Source of the DNA: Rhynchobatus australiae
Taxonomy: Eukaryota
Direction of reading: 5' to 3'
NCBI GenBank assembly: GCA_034780895.1
Contig: JAUZTB010000042.1
Location: 10,610,975 to 10,674,974, forward strand
Length of the DNA stretch: 64,000 bases
In this document: piece after piece, positions 36,910 to 49,770 of the stretch
How the letters are laid out: every line of letters starts with the position of its first letter
How positions within the stretch are numbered: the stretch's first letter is position 1
Translations under genes and position numbers: made by a program
Notes under the pieces: model-generated
Seen by the model: only the letters and a program-made list of their open reading frames with translations
What the model was told of the DNA's origin: nothing
Database searches by the model: none

Positions 36910-37410
36910 GAGAAATAAAGGACTGCAGATGCTGGAATCTAGATGAAAAACACAATGATGCTGGAGGACCTCAGCAGGCCATTCAGCATCCGTGGAGAAA
37001 AGTAGGTAGTCGGCGTTTCGGGTCAGGACCTTTCTTCCATGTTGGTCTTTCATGACCCAGCTAAGGAGAAATTTCATCACAGATGTCTGTGCATTTTGGA
37101 TTCTGAAGAAGGGTCCTGACCCGAAATGTTGACCGCCTGCTTTTCTCCACGGCTGCTGNNNNNNNNNNNNNNNNNNNNNNNNNNNNNNNNNNNNNNNNNN
37201 NNNNNNNNNNNNNNNNNNNNNNNNNNNNNNNNNNNNNNNNNNNNNNNNNNNNNNNNNNTCACTGCTCTGCTTTTCCCCTATATATTGGACTTCCCCTTTT
37301 CCTACTTTCATTCCTGAAGGGTCCTGACCCGAAATGTTGACCGCCTGCTTTTCTCCACGGATGCTGCCTGGCCTGCCGAGTTCCTCCAGCATCATCGTGT
37401 TTTTCATCTG
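36910..37410. mobile_element. Young Penelope-derived element with about 90-bp inverted terminal arms and hammerhead-like cores, inserted in a decayed CR1
   Basis: 36943-37030 is the reverse complement of 37320-37408. CTGAAGA-A-GGGT-CCTG-ACCC-GAAA-TG-TT at 37103-37130. Contains an N gap. Confidence 0.8.
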
Positions 37411-38044
37411 TTTCAATCACAATGGATTCCCTGTTCTTGCGATACTTTCATTGAAGTGGTTTCTCATGCTTTGGCCCAAATCCCATGCATTCAGTCTGGT
37501 ATATATGTCCCTCTGCTCTCTGCTACTCATTCCTCTATTTCTGTCAATTCCCCCTCTTATTTTAAACACTTATGAAATTCTTCAGTGGTAATTAAAACAG
37601 CCTTAATTTTTCCACGCCTTTCTTTTCATTAGTGGCAAGCAGCATCCAAGTGAATTTACCCGATGCCTTCCCTTGGCCTCGTACCTTTGCTGTCAAACAA
37701 AGCTCAAAATGTTGCACAATACTTCATCTTACAGAGATGTGGACAACTGCACATTAATTTTGTGTACTATACCTCTTGCCGTAAAACTCAGTGTTCTATT
37801 AGCAGATTATGACCATATCCACTTAAACTGCTGCTTTAATGTCTCATGAACCAGACCACCAAAATCATATTCTTTTCCACATCACCAGTTCTTTGTCATT
37901 CAAAGTACCAAAATTTATCGATTCACACTGAATTGACATTTGGCACTTTTTTGCTCATTCTCATTTCTGCCTCTGTACAGCTTATTTTGGTCCTCAAACT
38001 TATTTATAATGCCTGTTTTAGTTCCATTCAGAGGTTTGGTTAGG

Positions 38045-40260
38045 AACATAAGGAAAAGGACCAGAGGTAAGGCACTAAAACCTCGTATTTGCTCCACCTT
38101 TTGTTAAGATCATATCTGATTTTTCAGAACTCCCACCTTCCCCATTACCTCCACATCCACTGATCTCCTTAGTGTCTAAAACGCTATTGATCTGAGCCTT
38201 GAATATATTCAATGAGTTAAGATACACGGAGTAGAAAAATCCAAAAATGCACAGGCCTCTGTGATGAAATTTCTCCTTAGCTAGGTCATGAAAGACCAAC
38301 CCTTTATTGATTCTCGGACTGTCCTGATGTCAGTCCCCCAGCAAGGTGAAGCATCATCTCTGTCTCTACTCTTTCAAGCTCCTTAAAAAAAATTAAATGG
38401 AGGATATACTGTAGGCTTAGTCCACTCAATCACTCCTCATTGGACAATTTCTGCATCCTGGGAATTGGGCAAGTGAACCATGTTTGCGCTTTTAAGAAGA
38501 AGGGGGTATCTTGCGTTTGGTTAGTAGACCAGACTGCAACACAGTACTTTAGATGTAATCTCTCCATGGCCCTTTATAATTGCAGTCAGACTTACTTATG
38601 TATTGTTCCAACATTCCTGCTTCAAAGATGAACGTACTTTGTTTTTTCTAATCGCTTCCAGTGCCTGCCAACTTGCTTCGTTATATTTGAATATTTAGTT
38701 CTCTCTGGGTACCAATGTTTTCTCACCATTTTGGAATGGTGTCCTTTGCCACTTAAAAAAACAGATTTTGGTGTTCCCTACCAATCTTGACAAGTTCACA
38801 TTTCTGCACATTTATATTTCATATGTGGTGTTATTGCAGATTCACTTCAGCAGCCTGCATCTGCTTGCAGTCTGCATCTGCTTGCAGTCAGTTTGCAACC
38901 TTCTTGCCTTATTCCCTCACCCAGCTCCAGATTGCCAATAATCTTGGATGTATCACACTCAGCCCCTTCATTTATTGCTATTGACATAGATTGTAAATAC
39001 CTGGGTCTCAATGTGCAACTGTTCTGTGCTCTTTTAATAAAGTAGTGTTCAATCAATGCTAATGTATTATTCCAAGGCTGGGAGTCCATTTTTGTGTAAT
39101 AGCATTTTATGTGGTATCTTCGTGTAAAGTCAAAATACACTCCATCCACTGAGTTCCCTTTACTTTCCTTGCTGGTTACAACACCAAAACCCTTTTAACT
39201 AATTTGTCAAATATAATATTCTTTCATAAAACCTTGTGACCCTGTCCAACTCTTTTATAATTTACTAGGTGCCCTTTATCATGTTTTAATGAGACTCTGG
39301 TATTTTCTCTATTTCTTTTATCAAGCTGATCTGCCTGCAGTGGGTATACTGAAGTCTTTAGAATAATGGGAGATCAGAACCAGTTCCCCCCAGCTCTTTT
39401 TAAATCCAAGATTGTGGGTTATCAAGTCTAAGAAATTTCTCAGCTTTAGACTTTTGATTTGCTCAGTATTTCTACCTTACGGATAACAATTGTTTTTTTA
39501 TCCCTTATTCTAACTTTATCTTTGGTTTCATGCTACTTATAATTTTTTTGTATACTGCCACAAAGGTGATTGCAAAATTGATATTTTGATAGCTTTGCCA
39601 TTTCCTTGTACATCAGTGTAATATCTTGTGCTTCTGCCTTAAGGAGTCCATGTTCACTTTTACTAACCTCTTTCTACATCATTATGGATGATTTTACAAA
39701 GTGTTAACATGTCTCTTGATGATTTACTCTGAGTCTGTTCTCGCTCTTCCTTTCTGTCAATTTTGTGGCAACCTTTGGCTGAATTCTGAAATACTCCTAA
39801 TCCTCAATTTGGTAATATAAACCTCTTCCTTTTCGGTTGTCTCTAAATTAACTTGGTAGTTGCAGTTGGGTTACTTTTTCTGTGGGATGTTTAATTATTT
39901 AAATGTTTATTTGTGGCAAATTATTGTTTAGTTCTTAAAGTGTTTCCTTTGCTTTCCTGTCATTCTATCTATTAATCTCGTATTCTAATCTACTTTACTT
40001 GAATCTCACACCTATGCAATTTGTTTTGTAGAGATTTAAGATTATTTTCAGATTTAATTAAGTCAACCTCAAACTCAATATCAATCTATGAGTGCTCTTC
40101 TCCCTTTTATTGCACAATACTAGATGTAAAATGGTCTGTTCTTAACCTGGTTCTTTGAAATACACATAAAACTGTTTCCTCCAGACTATTATTTGCTTTG
40201 TGCAGTCCGTATGAAAGTTGAAGTGCTCCATGATTATTCTGTTATCCTTGTGGCAGGCAA
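38045..40260 (-). mobile_element. Long, heavily decayed CR1 LINE
   Basis: 3' end ggaacataaggaaaagg...gagccttgaatatattcaatga; RT remnant DGVYFDF in ORF 38847-39149(-). Confidence 0.7.
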
Positions 40261-40404
40261 GTCATGATCCTCACAACTGTGCAGTACTAATCAGTGCAGA
40301 CCAGAGTCCAGCAAAGCTATGTCGTTCCCCTGATCCTTGTTTCAATCTTTCTCGCCACAATTCTGCACCTTGTCTCCAACAAGTTTCCTGCTAGGGTGTT
40401 AAAA

Positions 40405-40628
40405 AATCAAAAAGCTGGGGAGGCTGCAAATCTTAAACAAAAGGAGAAAATGCTGGAAACGTTCAGCAAATCAGGCATCATCTTTAGAAGGAGAAACAGA
40501 GTGAATGTTACATCAGAGTTGATCAGTCCTGGTGAAGGGTTTTAGACCTGAAATGTTAACTCAGTTTTCCTTTCCACTGATGCTCCCTGACAAGCTGAGT
40601 ACTTCCAGCATTTTCTGTTGTATTCCAG
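40405..40628. mobile_element. Penelope-derived inverted-repeat (MITE-like) element
   Basis: gaaaatgctggaaacgttcagcaaatcaggcatc...gaaacagagtgaatgtt versus aatgttaactcagttttc...gatgctccctgacaagctgagtacttccagcattttc; decayed core ctggtga-agggttttagacct-gaaa-tgtt. Confidence 0.72.
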
Positions 40629-40662
40629 CTGGAGGAGAACTAATATACAATGGGAATAATAA

Positions 40663-40905
40663 GGGCGGCACGGTAGTGTAGCGGTTAGCGTTACACTATT
40701 ACAGCGCCAGCGATCAGGGTTCGATTCCCGACACTGTCTGTAAGGAGTTTGTACGTTCTCCCATGTCTGTGTGGTCTTCCTCCGGGTGCTCCGGTTTCCT
40801 CCCATGTTCCAAAGACATACGGGTAGGTTAACGTGGGTTTAAAAAAAAATGGGTGGCATGGACTCGTTGGGCCAGAAGGGCCTGTTACCAAGCTGTAAAT
40901 AAAAA
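40663..40905 (+). mobile_element. tRNA-derived HE1/V-type SINE (young) with Pol III A and B boxes
   Basis: A box TAGTGTAGCGG 40674-40684, B box GGTTCGATTCC 40718-40728, V-domain ccgggtgctccggtttcctccca, CR1-type tail gggccagaagggcctgtt. Confidence 0.92.
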
Positions 40906-41024
40906 ATTTTAAATTCAAATAATTTAAAAAAAATTTAAGGAATTCAAAATGTTCCACCCATGTTGCCTGTACTCTGAACCGAGGTCACCTGAACCTCAGT
41001 AGCTGAGCTGCAGTATGAAGGTGA

Positions 41025-41360
41025 TGTTTGCATTATGAAGGGCATAAGGTGAATGATCACAGTCATGTTCCCAGGGTAGGGGAGTCTAAAACAAGAGGGC
41101 ATTGATTTAAGGTGAGGGAGGAAAGACTTAAATGGGACATGAAGGGCAACTGTTACATACAGAGGGTGCTGGGTACGTGGAACAAGCTGCCAGAGGAAGC
41201 TGTAGAGGTGGGTACAATTATAGTGTTTAAAAGATATTTAGACTGAGAAACTTAGTGGGATGTGGACCAAATGCAAACAAGTGGGACCAGCTCAGGTGGA
41301 CAACTTGGTTGGCATGGATGAGTTGAGCCGAAGGGCCTGTTTTCCGTGCTGCATGACTTT
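41025..41360 (+). mobile_element. CR1/HER1-like LINE 3' end
   Basis: ttcccagggtaggggagtctaaaacaagagggcat...tggaacaagctgccagaggaag...ggatgagttgagccgaagggcctgtttccgtgctg. Confidence 0.85.
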
Positions 41361-41379
41361 AAGCACGTTTGGAGCTGAG

Positions 41380-42550
41380 CTCACTGACCTCGCACTCGAC
41401 TTCTGCGAAGGAAGTTCCTTTACCAACCTGTCCCCACTGCTACAACACTGCCGCCTGACTATAAAGGTTCACTGAGACCCTGGAGACCCACATCCCCGAT
41501 GTCAGGAGCCATCTCAGGAGGGTGGTGAAATTCACCCTTCCTTTCAAGGTGCCAAGACGGTCTTTTTGCCATCTGAGGATGAAGTCATCAATTCTGGCAC
41601 AAAAATCATGGTCCAGAGGGCAGCAGTGATCCCTCCAAGATGCTTCTGAAACGGGAACTAACTATATTTGGAATTTAAAGGCACAGAAGAGATAGCACCA
41701 TTGCTGTCTCAGCAGAATTCTCCAAATAAGCAAACCAATGAAAGGGTCAGTTCATAGTCCCAGCACTGAAGCCCTAAATGCCCTCAGTTTGCTCTATTCG
41801 CTGGTCACATTGTTTGCAAGCCCAACTAGACTCCCAAAATGGGCACTCTGTTCAGAGATTATCAACTAGACAGAGGAAAACAATGTAGTCAAAGCTTCTC
41901 AAAGAAATGCAATATCCCCACTGACTCCTGGGCAGACCTTGACCATGACCCCTCAGAGTAGAGAACGAGCACTTGGAATGGCACTGAGACCTTGAGCCTA
42001 TTCATCAGGAGCACACGGAAACCCAGAATAAATGCTAGAAGGAGTGTACCACCTCACAAAATGCCCACCCATCCAAGTAAGAGCGGCACAATGGTGCAGA
42101 TAGCAGAGCTGTTGCCTCACAGCTCCAGGCTCCTGATCTCCAGTGTTATCTGTGTGGAGTTTGCCTGATCCCTGTGACCACATGGGTTTCCCTGAATGCT
42201 CCAGTTTCCTCCCATATCCAAACAGTAAGTTGGTTGTCAGTTTAATTGGCCACTATGAATTGATCCTGGTGTGCAGGTGAGTACTAGAACATGCAGGGGA
42301 AGGGGGGGCTGGGGGGTGCGATTGATGAAAGCCTAGGGAGAATAAGATAGGATTAATGTGAATGGGTACATGATGGCCAGAGTGGACTTGGTAGGCTGAA
42401 GACCCTGTTTCTGTCCTCTATGACTCTGAATACCTCCTGCCCATCTCTTATGGGTTCTGCAGGTCCCACTTCACCTCCTCATTCAAACCAGAAGCCACAG
42501 AATTGGAGTGGAACCAAGACATCCTCAATTTGAAGGACTGTCTAAGATTA
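41380..42550 (+). mobile_element. Decayed RTE-like LINE 3' region, interrupted by a SINE at 42084-42425
   Basis: ggcacaaaaatcatggtccagagggcagcagtgatccc...gactcccaaaatgggcactctgttc...cccactgactcctggg...ggagtgtacc, resuming after the SINE with cctcctgcccatc...ggagtggaaccaagacatcctcaa. Confidence 0.55.
42084..42425 (+). mobile_element. Older HE1-like SINE
   Basis: gcggcacaatggtgcagatagcagagctgttgcctcacagctccagg...ctgtgtggagtttg...tgctccagtttcctcccatatcca...ggctgaagaccctgtttc. Confidence 0.8.
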
Positions 42551-42559
42551 CTCTTATTA

Positions 42560-44030
42560 CGCACACCTCAAATGTTATACTTTGCCCTACACTACAATTG
42601 TTAGAGTGGTTTATAACCTACCCTCACCAATGTTTTCAGCCAATGCTTCATCATAGCCCCACCCTTTCTGATACTAGATCTTAATTTTCCAAGTTTCGTC
42701 GTCTTTTCTATGGCCTTTATCCCATCTTTATTATTAGGGGTACCACTTGTATCCTAACTCTCCTTTTCCATTTTGACTACCTATTTTAAAAGTCAAGTAT
42801 TCCAGAATATTCAGTTCTTACTTATGGCCACTCTCCAACTACATCTCAATGACAGCTAATAGGTCAATCCATTCATTTCTATTTTTGCTGTCCTGTCATC
42901 TATTTTGATGTAATTGTTTTGTCTACTTGAAATTAATACCTCTTTCTAGTTTTTTTTATGATGCCAGCTTAGTCACTGTGGTGTTAAGGTCAATGTCCCT
43001 TCTTGAACCAATCTACTTATTTTTATCCATATCAGTGCTCAACCACCTTGACATTTTTCTTGCTGCTTCTGAATATTGCCTTTCCTTGGTCCTTCTCCCA
43101 ACTCTCTCCCTCCCCAGCTAGTTTAAAGTCCTGTCAGTTGTCAAAGTTGGCTAATTCACCAGAACACTTGTCCCAGTCCAGTTTCAGTAGCACGTATCCC
43201 AGTAGTAGAGCTCGTTCCTCCCCCAGTACTGATGTCTTTATTCTATGAATCAAAACCCTTGTTTCCTGCATCATTCTCTCAGACACATTTATCCTTGGAA
43301 TCTGTTATTCAAAGCAAATTGACACGTGGCTTGGGTTACAATACGGGGATTAAATCATGCAGTCATCTGTGGTTTAATGTTAACCATAACTCCTTAAAAC
43401 TCTGTTCAGCAGAAATTCATTCCTGGTTCAACTTCTATCATGGACNNNNNNNNCTGGAACCTCCCCATCACATCTCTTCAGTCATGAGGATCTGTCATTA
43501 ATATTGTGAACCTTTGGCTGCAGAGAATAGTATTTTTCCTTTTGACTGTCCTGCCTTGTAACAAGAAAATTCTTCTGCTCTCTTACCACTTGAATCTCTT
43601 CCTGTATCATTGGGCTGTGATAAATTTTGTCACCATCCTCTCGACTTTACTTTCATTCACATAGACAAAAAGGATCCTATACTTGTTGGTAAAGAGCAAA
43701 TGTTGAGGCTCTTCAAGCACTTCACCAGGGGCATCCCTACCTGGCTAGCTCACAATCATGCCCCTTGACCGCACATCCAGTCTGTTTCACAACCTGACCT
43801 GCTTCCTGGTTTAAGGTTTCTTGATAACTACATTTTTCTGGTGTCTTTGACCTTTCTGCACTTTAGACACCTGCCCATTAACTAAGTCTCAGGGTTCCTC
43901 AAGTTGCAGACATTTACTGCATTTGTGTGTCTTCTGGGATTGTGGTCCAAACCATAAAATTCCACATGCTACAATTGTGACACATCACCTGCACTGATAT
44001 CCCTTTCATCCCTTATTTTGTTTATTTAGT
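42560..44030 (-). mobile_element. Decayed CR1 5'/ORF1-endonuclease region
   Basis: ccctccccagctagtttaaag...cacttgtcccagtccagtttcag...cctcccccagtactgatg, typical reverse-strand CR1 ORF1 (esterase-like) sequence; similar to 61400-62090. Confidence 0.55.
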
Positions 44031-44139
44031 CAATATATTTCATCAACAATCTTTTTAAGATTAATTACTCATCTAGTTCAAGTGGGTGACTCATTCACAT
44101 ATTGATGTAATTTCCACCTCCCCTCCATGAGATTTGATA

Positions 44140-44600
44140 TGCAGGTTCGAATGGGTTCTGTTTTACAGAATTTGTCCATAAGTTGGAAAATGCACAAAAT
44201 CACTTGGTACGGTAATTATACCTCCTCAATATTGTAATGAATGGTATCAATAAGAGCATTTAACATGAACATTTATTTATCGTCTTCCCTTTCCTAGTTA
44301 GAGCGCTGCAGAATCAGGATGGCCCATGTTACATTGTTTAATAAGGGTATCATTGTGCAAGAAGTAATAGAAGTGATTGCTTGTCAATTACCAAATCAAC
44401 TCCTTAAGTGGCCTCCCACAGTGAAACTGGAAGCCCGTGTTCTTAAGAGAGAATGGTGTCTGATTACTGGGGAGGTTACATGTAAACAGGGTTTTTTTTT
44501 GCAATACGGCTTCTTGTTTGAACTTAGTAATATTTATGGGAGCTCATTCGTATGTACAAGGTGTCCATAAGTCAGGCATGCATAATCTGAGGAGGTCTAT
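44140..44600. mobile_element. Possible Tc1/mariner-pogo-type non-autonomous DNA element
   Basis: Repeated sub-terminal gtccataagt motifs at about 44174 and 44563 and a Tigger-like end cataatctgaggagg; termini degraded. Confidence 0.3.
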
Positions 44601-47600
44601 AATTTTTTTTCCCGTGCTGCTGACAGACCTGCAGCAGCTCACTGCTATGTTCCCTTTATAAACTGATGCTGGTCAGTATTCATTTTTGTTAAGTCAATGT
44701 AAGAAATTTGCAAGCTAGTTGTTTTCAGATTTATAGCAAGGAAATTCTGTGACCATGAATTTATTAAATATTCAAATGAGCTGTTAATAATTATAAGAAA
44801 ATAATATATATTTTGGAGGGCTACATCTCCCTTTGGTCCAATGTCCAAATCATTCATGTATACTGAAATGAAAGCAATTCTAGAATCAAACCTTGTAAGA
44901 CATAGCTCTCTCTTTCCAGCCATTCAAAGTCTGTTCTTGACTCATGTTTACTGCATCATTCTTTCTGATTAGAACTCAATTATTTTCTGTATTTTCTTGC
45001 CCCCTGATGCTCAGGAGTGGTTTATGTGGTAAACTGTAAAAAGGATTTCCAGGATTTCACATGCATCACATTATCAATGTTCCCCTCTCTTTAACCATAT
45101 CCTTCACTGACTCAAAGACTTCAGTCTCCTTCAGTGCTTATCTCTGATCCTCAGGTGTTCCTTGGCCCTAATCTAGCACCTATCTTCCCAGAACTTTTCA
45201 TGTCTACCAGCTACCAGCCCCACTGACCCAAGGGATCCAATCTGTCCAGATTGACTGAAATGTGCAGAGAAGAGCTCACTAGTGTAACATTCATTAGTGT
45301 CCTGCTGCAATGCTAGATTGGTACACCCAATTGGGTGCAGTAGGTTTTCAAGGCTGTGCATGGATACTATCTGACTTCTAAGTCGATGACTACAATAATA
45401 GATTTCTAGTTTCAATAGTCCCCTTATTTCCCCCTAATTTCCTTCAGGAACCTTGGATTTATCCAGTGATCAGAGTTTATCCTTTAATTAACCTTTACCT
45501 CTAACAATCCTGTCCTCTCTGAATCGTGTGTGACATACATTATTTTTCTAATTTAGGATATGCTTTTTACATTCAAATAAAGTATTGTTTTGAGATTTTG
45601 TACTCGTAGTCTGTCCCTGCTTTTCCTCTCCCTTAATCTGTTCTTTTTCCATATTATTTTTCCATATTCTTTCTTCATATTATTCCTCCTCAAGTACAGT
45701 CTTTTACTATACATGGAATTCTGAAAGCTGTTTTTTTAAACAGAGAAGTAATTTGCAATTTTCTAATCTTTGTTTTGGAAGTAAATGTTCTTTTGTTGAT
45801 CTGCAACCCTGTGCAGCAATGTCATACAACACCTCACCTAGTCATCCTTAAAATTTGCCCTCTTTCAGTCTAATGTCCTTGACATTTTGCATTTAAACAT
45901 CGTTAAATGCTGACAAAGTGCTCGCCCATGTTTAATTGTCTGGTCAAATTTCATCAGATCCGGATCTGGCGATGCCTTTCTACAGGTGTGTAATGATACT
46001 AAGGAAGGAGTTCTGCATACGTTTTAGGAATTCCAATGCATTACCTCCCTGTCATGATCAATGAATGGATAATTGCAGTCTTCTAGAACTGTAATATTGT
46101 TATTCCTCCTCATTTTATCGGCAGTCAGTCAGGATTGAACAAGGCTGGTGCTGCTTCCTAAAGGACTTAACTGGGGACATCAAAAAATGAAAAAGTTTGA
46201 GATGATAGGCATTAAGAAGATGTTTGGATTTATGGCGTATCCAAAAGTCGGGGTCATGAATCACTCCCAGAATGATTAGAATGTGGAATTCACTGCCACT
46301 TGAAATGGTTGAGGTGAAGAGCAAAGTCATTTTTGTGGAAGCTAGGCCAACAGATGAGGAAGAATTCAGTGTATGGGTGTGCTGAAAGGATAAGTTGAGG
46401 TAGAATGGTAGCATTATCACCAGTGTGGGCCAAATAACCCATTTCTGTGCTGTAAGTTCTTCCATCTGAGAATGCAGATTTTCTTGGCCATTTCCCTTCC
46501 ACAGTTTAGGACTCTGCAGTACAACCTCACTAATGAAACAGTACCTTTTTTATAAAACATCTGACTGACCGTATTAACTCTGTATTCTTGTTGTTATCCA
46601 CACAATTTCTCTCTGCTGCGTGTATTTCCTCCTTGATATTGACACTACCCTTATCCTGTTCTGTCTTTACTGCTGTCCAGTTTGCAGCCAAGCTTCAGCT
46701 GTTGATTCTACATTTTCCTGTGTTGTCATTTGCATCGTAGTTTATTTCCCACACCCCAGCGCAGTACAATATATGCATTTTTTTTCTTTGTCGTGCACAT
46801 ATTAATGTCACTCCTTTACATTCAAACTTTCTGTGATCCTGTTTGAAAGTTCTCCACCGGCTTCATTTCCAAATCATCAAATTATTTTGCTCCATTGTAA
46901 ATCTGTGACAGACTTATTGATCATATAATGGACATGTCTTTGGCAAACTTGTCAGAGGGAAGATGTTTTCTCTGTTAACGGCATATGAAACAATCACTTG
47001 ATATACTGTGCATCTTCAACAATAGTGGAGCATATTGTTCAATAAATTTCTTATTGGGAGTATAGTTTTGTATTGACTGTAGAAAAGGACCTTTCAAGTC
47101 ACTTAGTTGGAGGAATGGATTGCACTGCCATTGATAAGTGCCAGTCCTTTCATTTAAAATGGCTGAAATAACTAGAGAGGAAATTTTATCTGTGGTGAGA
47201 TTTAAACACCTTTCCAAAATGGAAATCCCAGAACTGTAACAGTAACATTAACAAATCCCTTCAGTATTCTGATGCTTGTAATTTTCCCTTGCAGAACAAT
47301 TGACAAGAAACACTGTAGCAGTTTTTAGTAGCATGTTACAGTCACAGGGGAATCAAGGATGTACTACAAAATAAACAAAACACGCAATGGATTTTGTCAC
47401 ATGATTAAAAGAATATCAGCCAGTTTAGATGTCAGCCTAGAACAGAGGATAGCTGCCACTTTGAACTACTCAGCACCAGATTATAGAATTTCTGCTTAAT
47501 CTCAAACCCATTAACTCTCTGACAACATTCAAGGCACAACTTGGTAAGTGCTTGTATTTATTCCTGTCTTCTGAGTGAAAACTCAAAGTCACTGCAGCAA

Positions 47601-48347
47601 GTATAATTTATCTTTCATGCACCACAATATGAGGGATGTTATTTAAATGGATTTATATATGTAAGTTAGTAATTGATTCAGTTTCCCCATATTCATTATT
47701 TTGGTAATGAAATGAGTGATTCCACTAATGCTGGACTTCCTAACAACATGAGCATTTTTTTTGTTGTCAATGGCTGTTGGATTACATCCAAAGAAAGGAA
47801 TGAAGCATGTTTTAGCTAACTTGAGTACTAGTTAAATGTGGACACTCAGTACATATGCAGTTGCCACCCAGACGGACAGCACTCATGCCGACCATGCCAC
47901 TTGCATTGGGTACCAGCTCCTTGTGGGTACTGCTCTGTGGGGAAACAATGACAATAGTGGAGTTCCGAGAGACACTTGTTTGAAGCCCCAAACATTTGGA
48001 AGCCAGAAGGAATAGTGAATTTCTATAGACCCAGCAGCATGTTTGACAGAAATTGTCCATAGGTTAAAGCAAAAGGGAAGGGAAATCAACCAAGATTTAG
48101 CTATGACTCAATAACACTGCAGTTAATCATGTAGATGGGAATACTTTAGCCATGGTGCCAGTTACACTTAGTTGTACGTATTCATGGAATGTATCATTGG
48201 CTTCTCTTTTTTTTCATCTAGTATGATGAGTAAACTTCATTTAAGACTGCCTTGTCAAGCATAGATCAATTGTAGTGGCAGCTCTGATCTCTTTTTCCTA
48301 GACCCTTGTTTCATTTCAGGTGTTTCCGTTCTGTCAGGTTTCCACCA

Positions 48348-48992
48348 TTAAGAAGACGTATGGTGTGTTGGCCTTCATTAGTTGGGATATTAAGTTCAAG
48401 AGCCACGAGGTGATGTTGCAGCTCTATAGAACTCTGGTTCGAACACACTTGGAGTATTGTATCCACTTCTGGTTGCCTCATTATAGAAAAGATGTGGCAG
48501 CTTTAGAGAGGGTGTAGAGGAGATTTACCAGGATGTTACCTGGATTGGAGAGCATGTCTTATGAGGATAGGCTGAGTGAGTTAGGGCTTTTGTCTTTGGA
48601 GAGGAGGAGGATGAGAGGCGACTTGATAGGGGTGTACCAGATAATAAGAGGCATAGATCAAGTGGACAGTCAGAGACATTTTCCCAGGGTGACCGTGGCT
48701 AACACAAGGGGACATAATTTTAAGGTGATTGGAGGAAGATATAAGGGGAATGTCAGGGGTAAGTTCTTTACACAGAGAGTGGTAGGTGCATGCAACGCAC
48801 TGCCAGTAAAGGTTGTGGGGGCAGGTACATTAGGGACATTTAGGAGACACTTGGATATACACATGAATGATACAGAAATAGGGGGCTATGTGGGAGGGAA
48901 GGGTTAGATAGACCTTAGAGCAGGATAAAATGTCAGCACAATATTGTGGGCCGAAGGGCCTGTAACTGTGCTGAAATGTTCAATGTTCTAAC
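48348..48992 (+). mobile_element. Well-preserved 5'-truncated CR1/HER1-like LINE (ORF2 C-terminus plus 3' UTR)
   Basis: YGVLAFIS..IKFKSHEVMLQLYRTLVRTHLEYCIHFWLPHYRKDVAALERV*RRFTRMLPGLESMSYEDRLSELGLLSLERRRMRGDLIGVYQIIRG...FFTQRVVGACNALP with one in-frame stop; tail gtgggccgaagggcctgt...aatgttcaatgttcta. Confidence 0.93.
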
Positions 48993-49249
48993 ACCTCACT
49001 TTTGGAGAAACCTCCTTGCATATGTTTAATTTGCTTCAGCCTTCCAGTTCTTACTAATCTGCCAAGGAATCCGAGATGAAAGAGAAAGCTCTAAATCAAG
49101 CACCCGAATAAACAGAGCCCTGCTTTTGTAGCTGGCTGGATGTAGGGATCAACCTGGGTATTTGGTCCTATATTGAGGTTCTTTGTTCCTTAGCTGGGGC
49201 CATCAGATTCATTTTAAGAATAGGATTAACTGATATATGTTTTGTAGAT

Positions 49250-49410
49250 TCACAGAATAATGTAGCACAGAAAAAGGCCCTTCGGCCCAACTTATCCATA
49301 CTGACAAAGATGCCTATCTACGCTAATCCCATTTGCCTGCCTTTGGCCAAAATTCGTCTAAACCTTTCCAATCCATGAACCTGTCCAAATGTCTTTTCAA
49401 TATTGTAATT
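49250..49410 (-). mobile_element. CR1 3' tail fragment
   Basis: gcacagaaaaaggcccttcggcccaacttatccat...aatcccatttgcctgc...cctgtccaaatgtctttt. Confidence 0.85.
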
Positions 49411-49509
49411 GTATTGTAAGGATGATGTCTTTGTGTACTTCACTAATAGATGCAGAGCACCTACTGCTCCTGCTCTTGAATGTGCACCATTGATTTTGGT
49501 CAATAGTAC

Positions 49510-49770
49510 ACAGATCACTTCAGTCTCCAACAGCAGCAAAACTTCCTAAAGTCCCTCACTGCAACATTACCAAAATCAAAATTGACATCAAGCCATGAAA
49601 GAAATTAAGCCAGACCAGAAGTCTGATCAGATAGATGAGTTTTAAGGAGTGTTTTAAAGAAGGAAAAGGAGGCAGCAATGCAGAGATATTTAAGTAGAGA
49701 ATTGCAGCGGTTGGGGCCTTGACAACTGAGGCACAACAGTCAACAGTAGAAAGATTAAAATTGGAGACAA
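49510..49770 (-). mobile_element. Decayed L2-like LINE 3' end
   Basis: ttttaaggagtgttttaaagaaggaaaaggagg...agagaattgcagcggttggggccttgacaactgaggcac; similar to 28690-28930. Confidence 0.5.

Noticed and set aside
40663-40735. tRNA-like sequence with A and B boxes (also 53612, 16920, 2870)
   Set aside because: SINE heads continuing into V-domain and LINE-derived tails; not tRNA genes.
48320-48907. Two adjacent ORFs that look like a gene
   Set aside because: They are the stop-interrupted C-terminus of a truncated CR1 ORF2, not a host gene.
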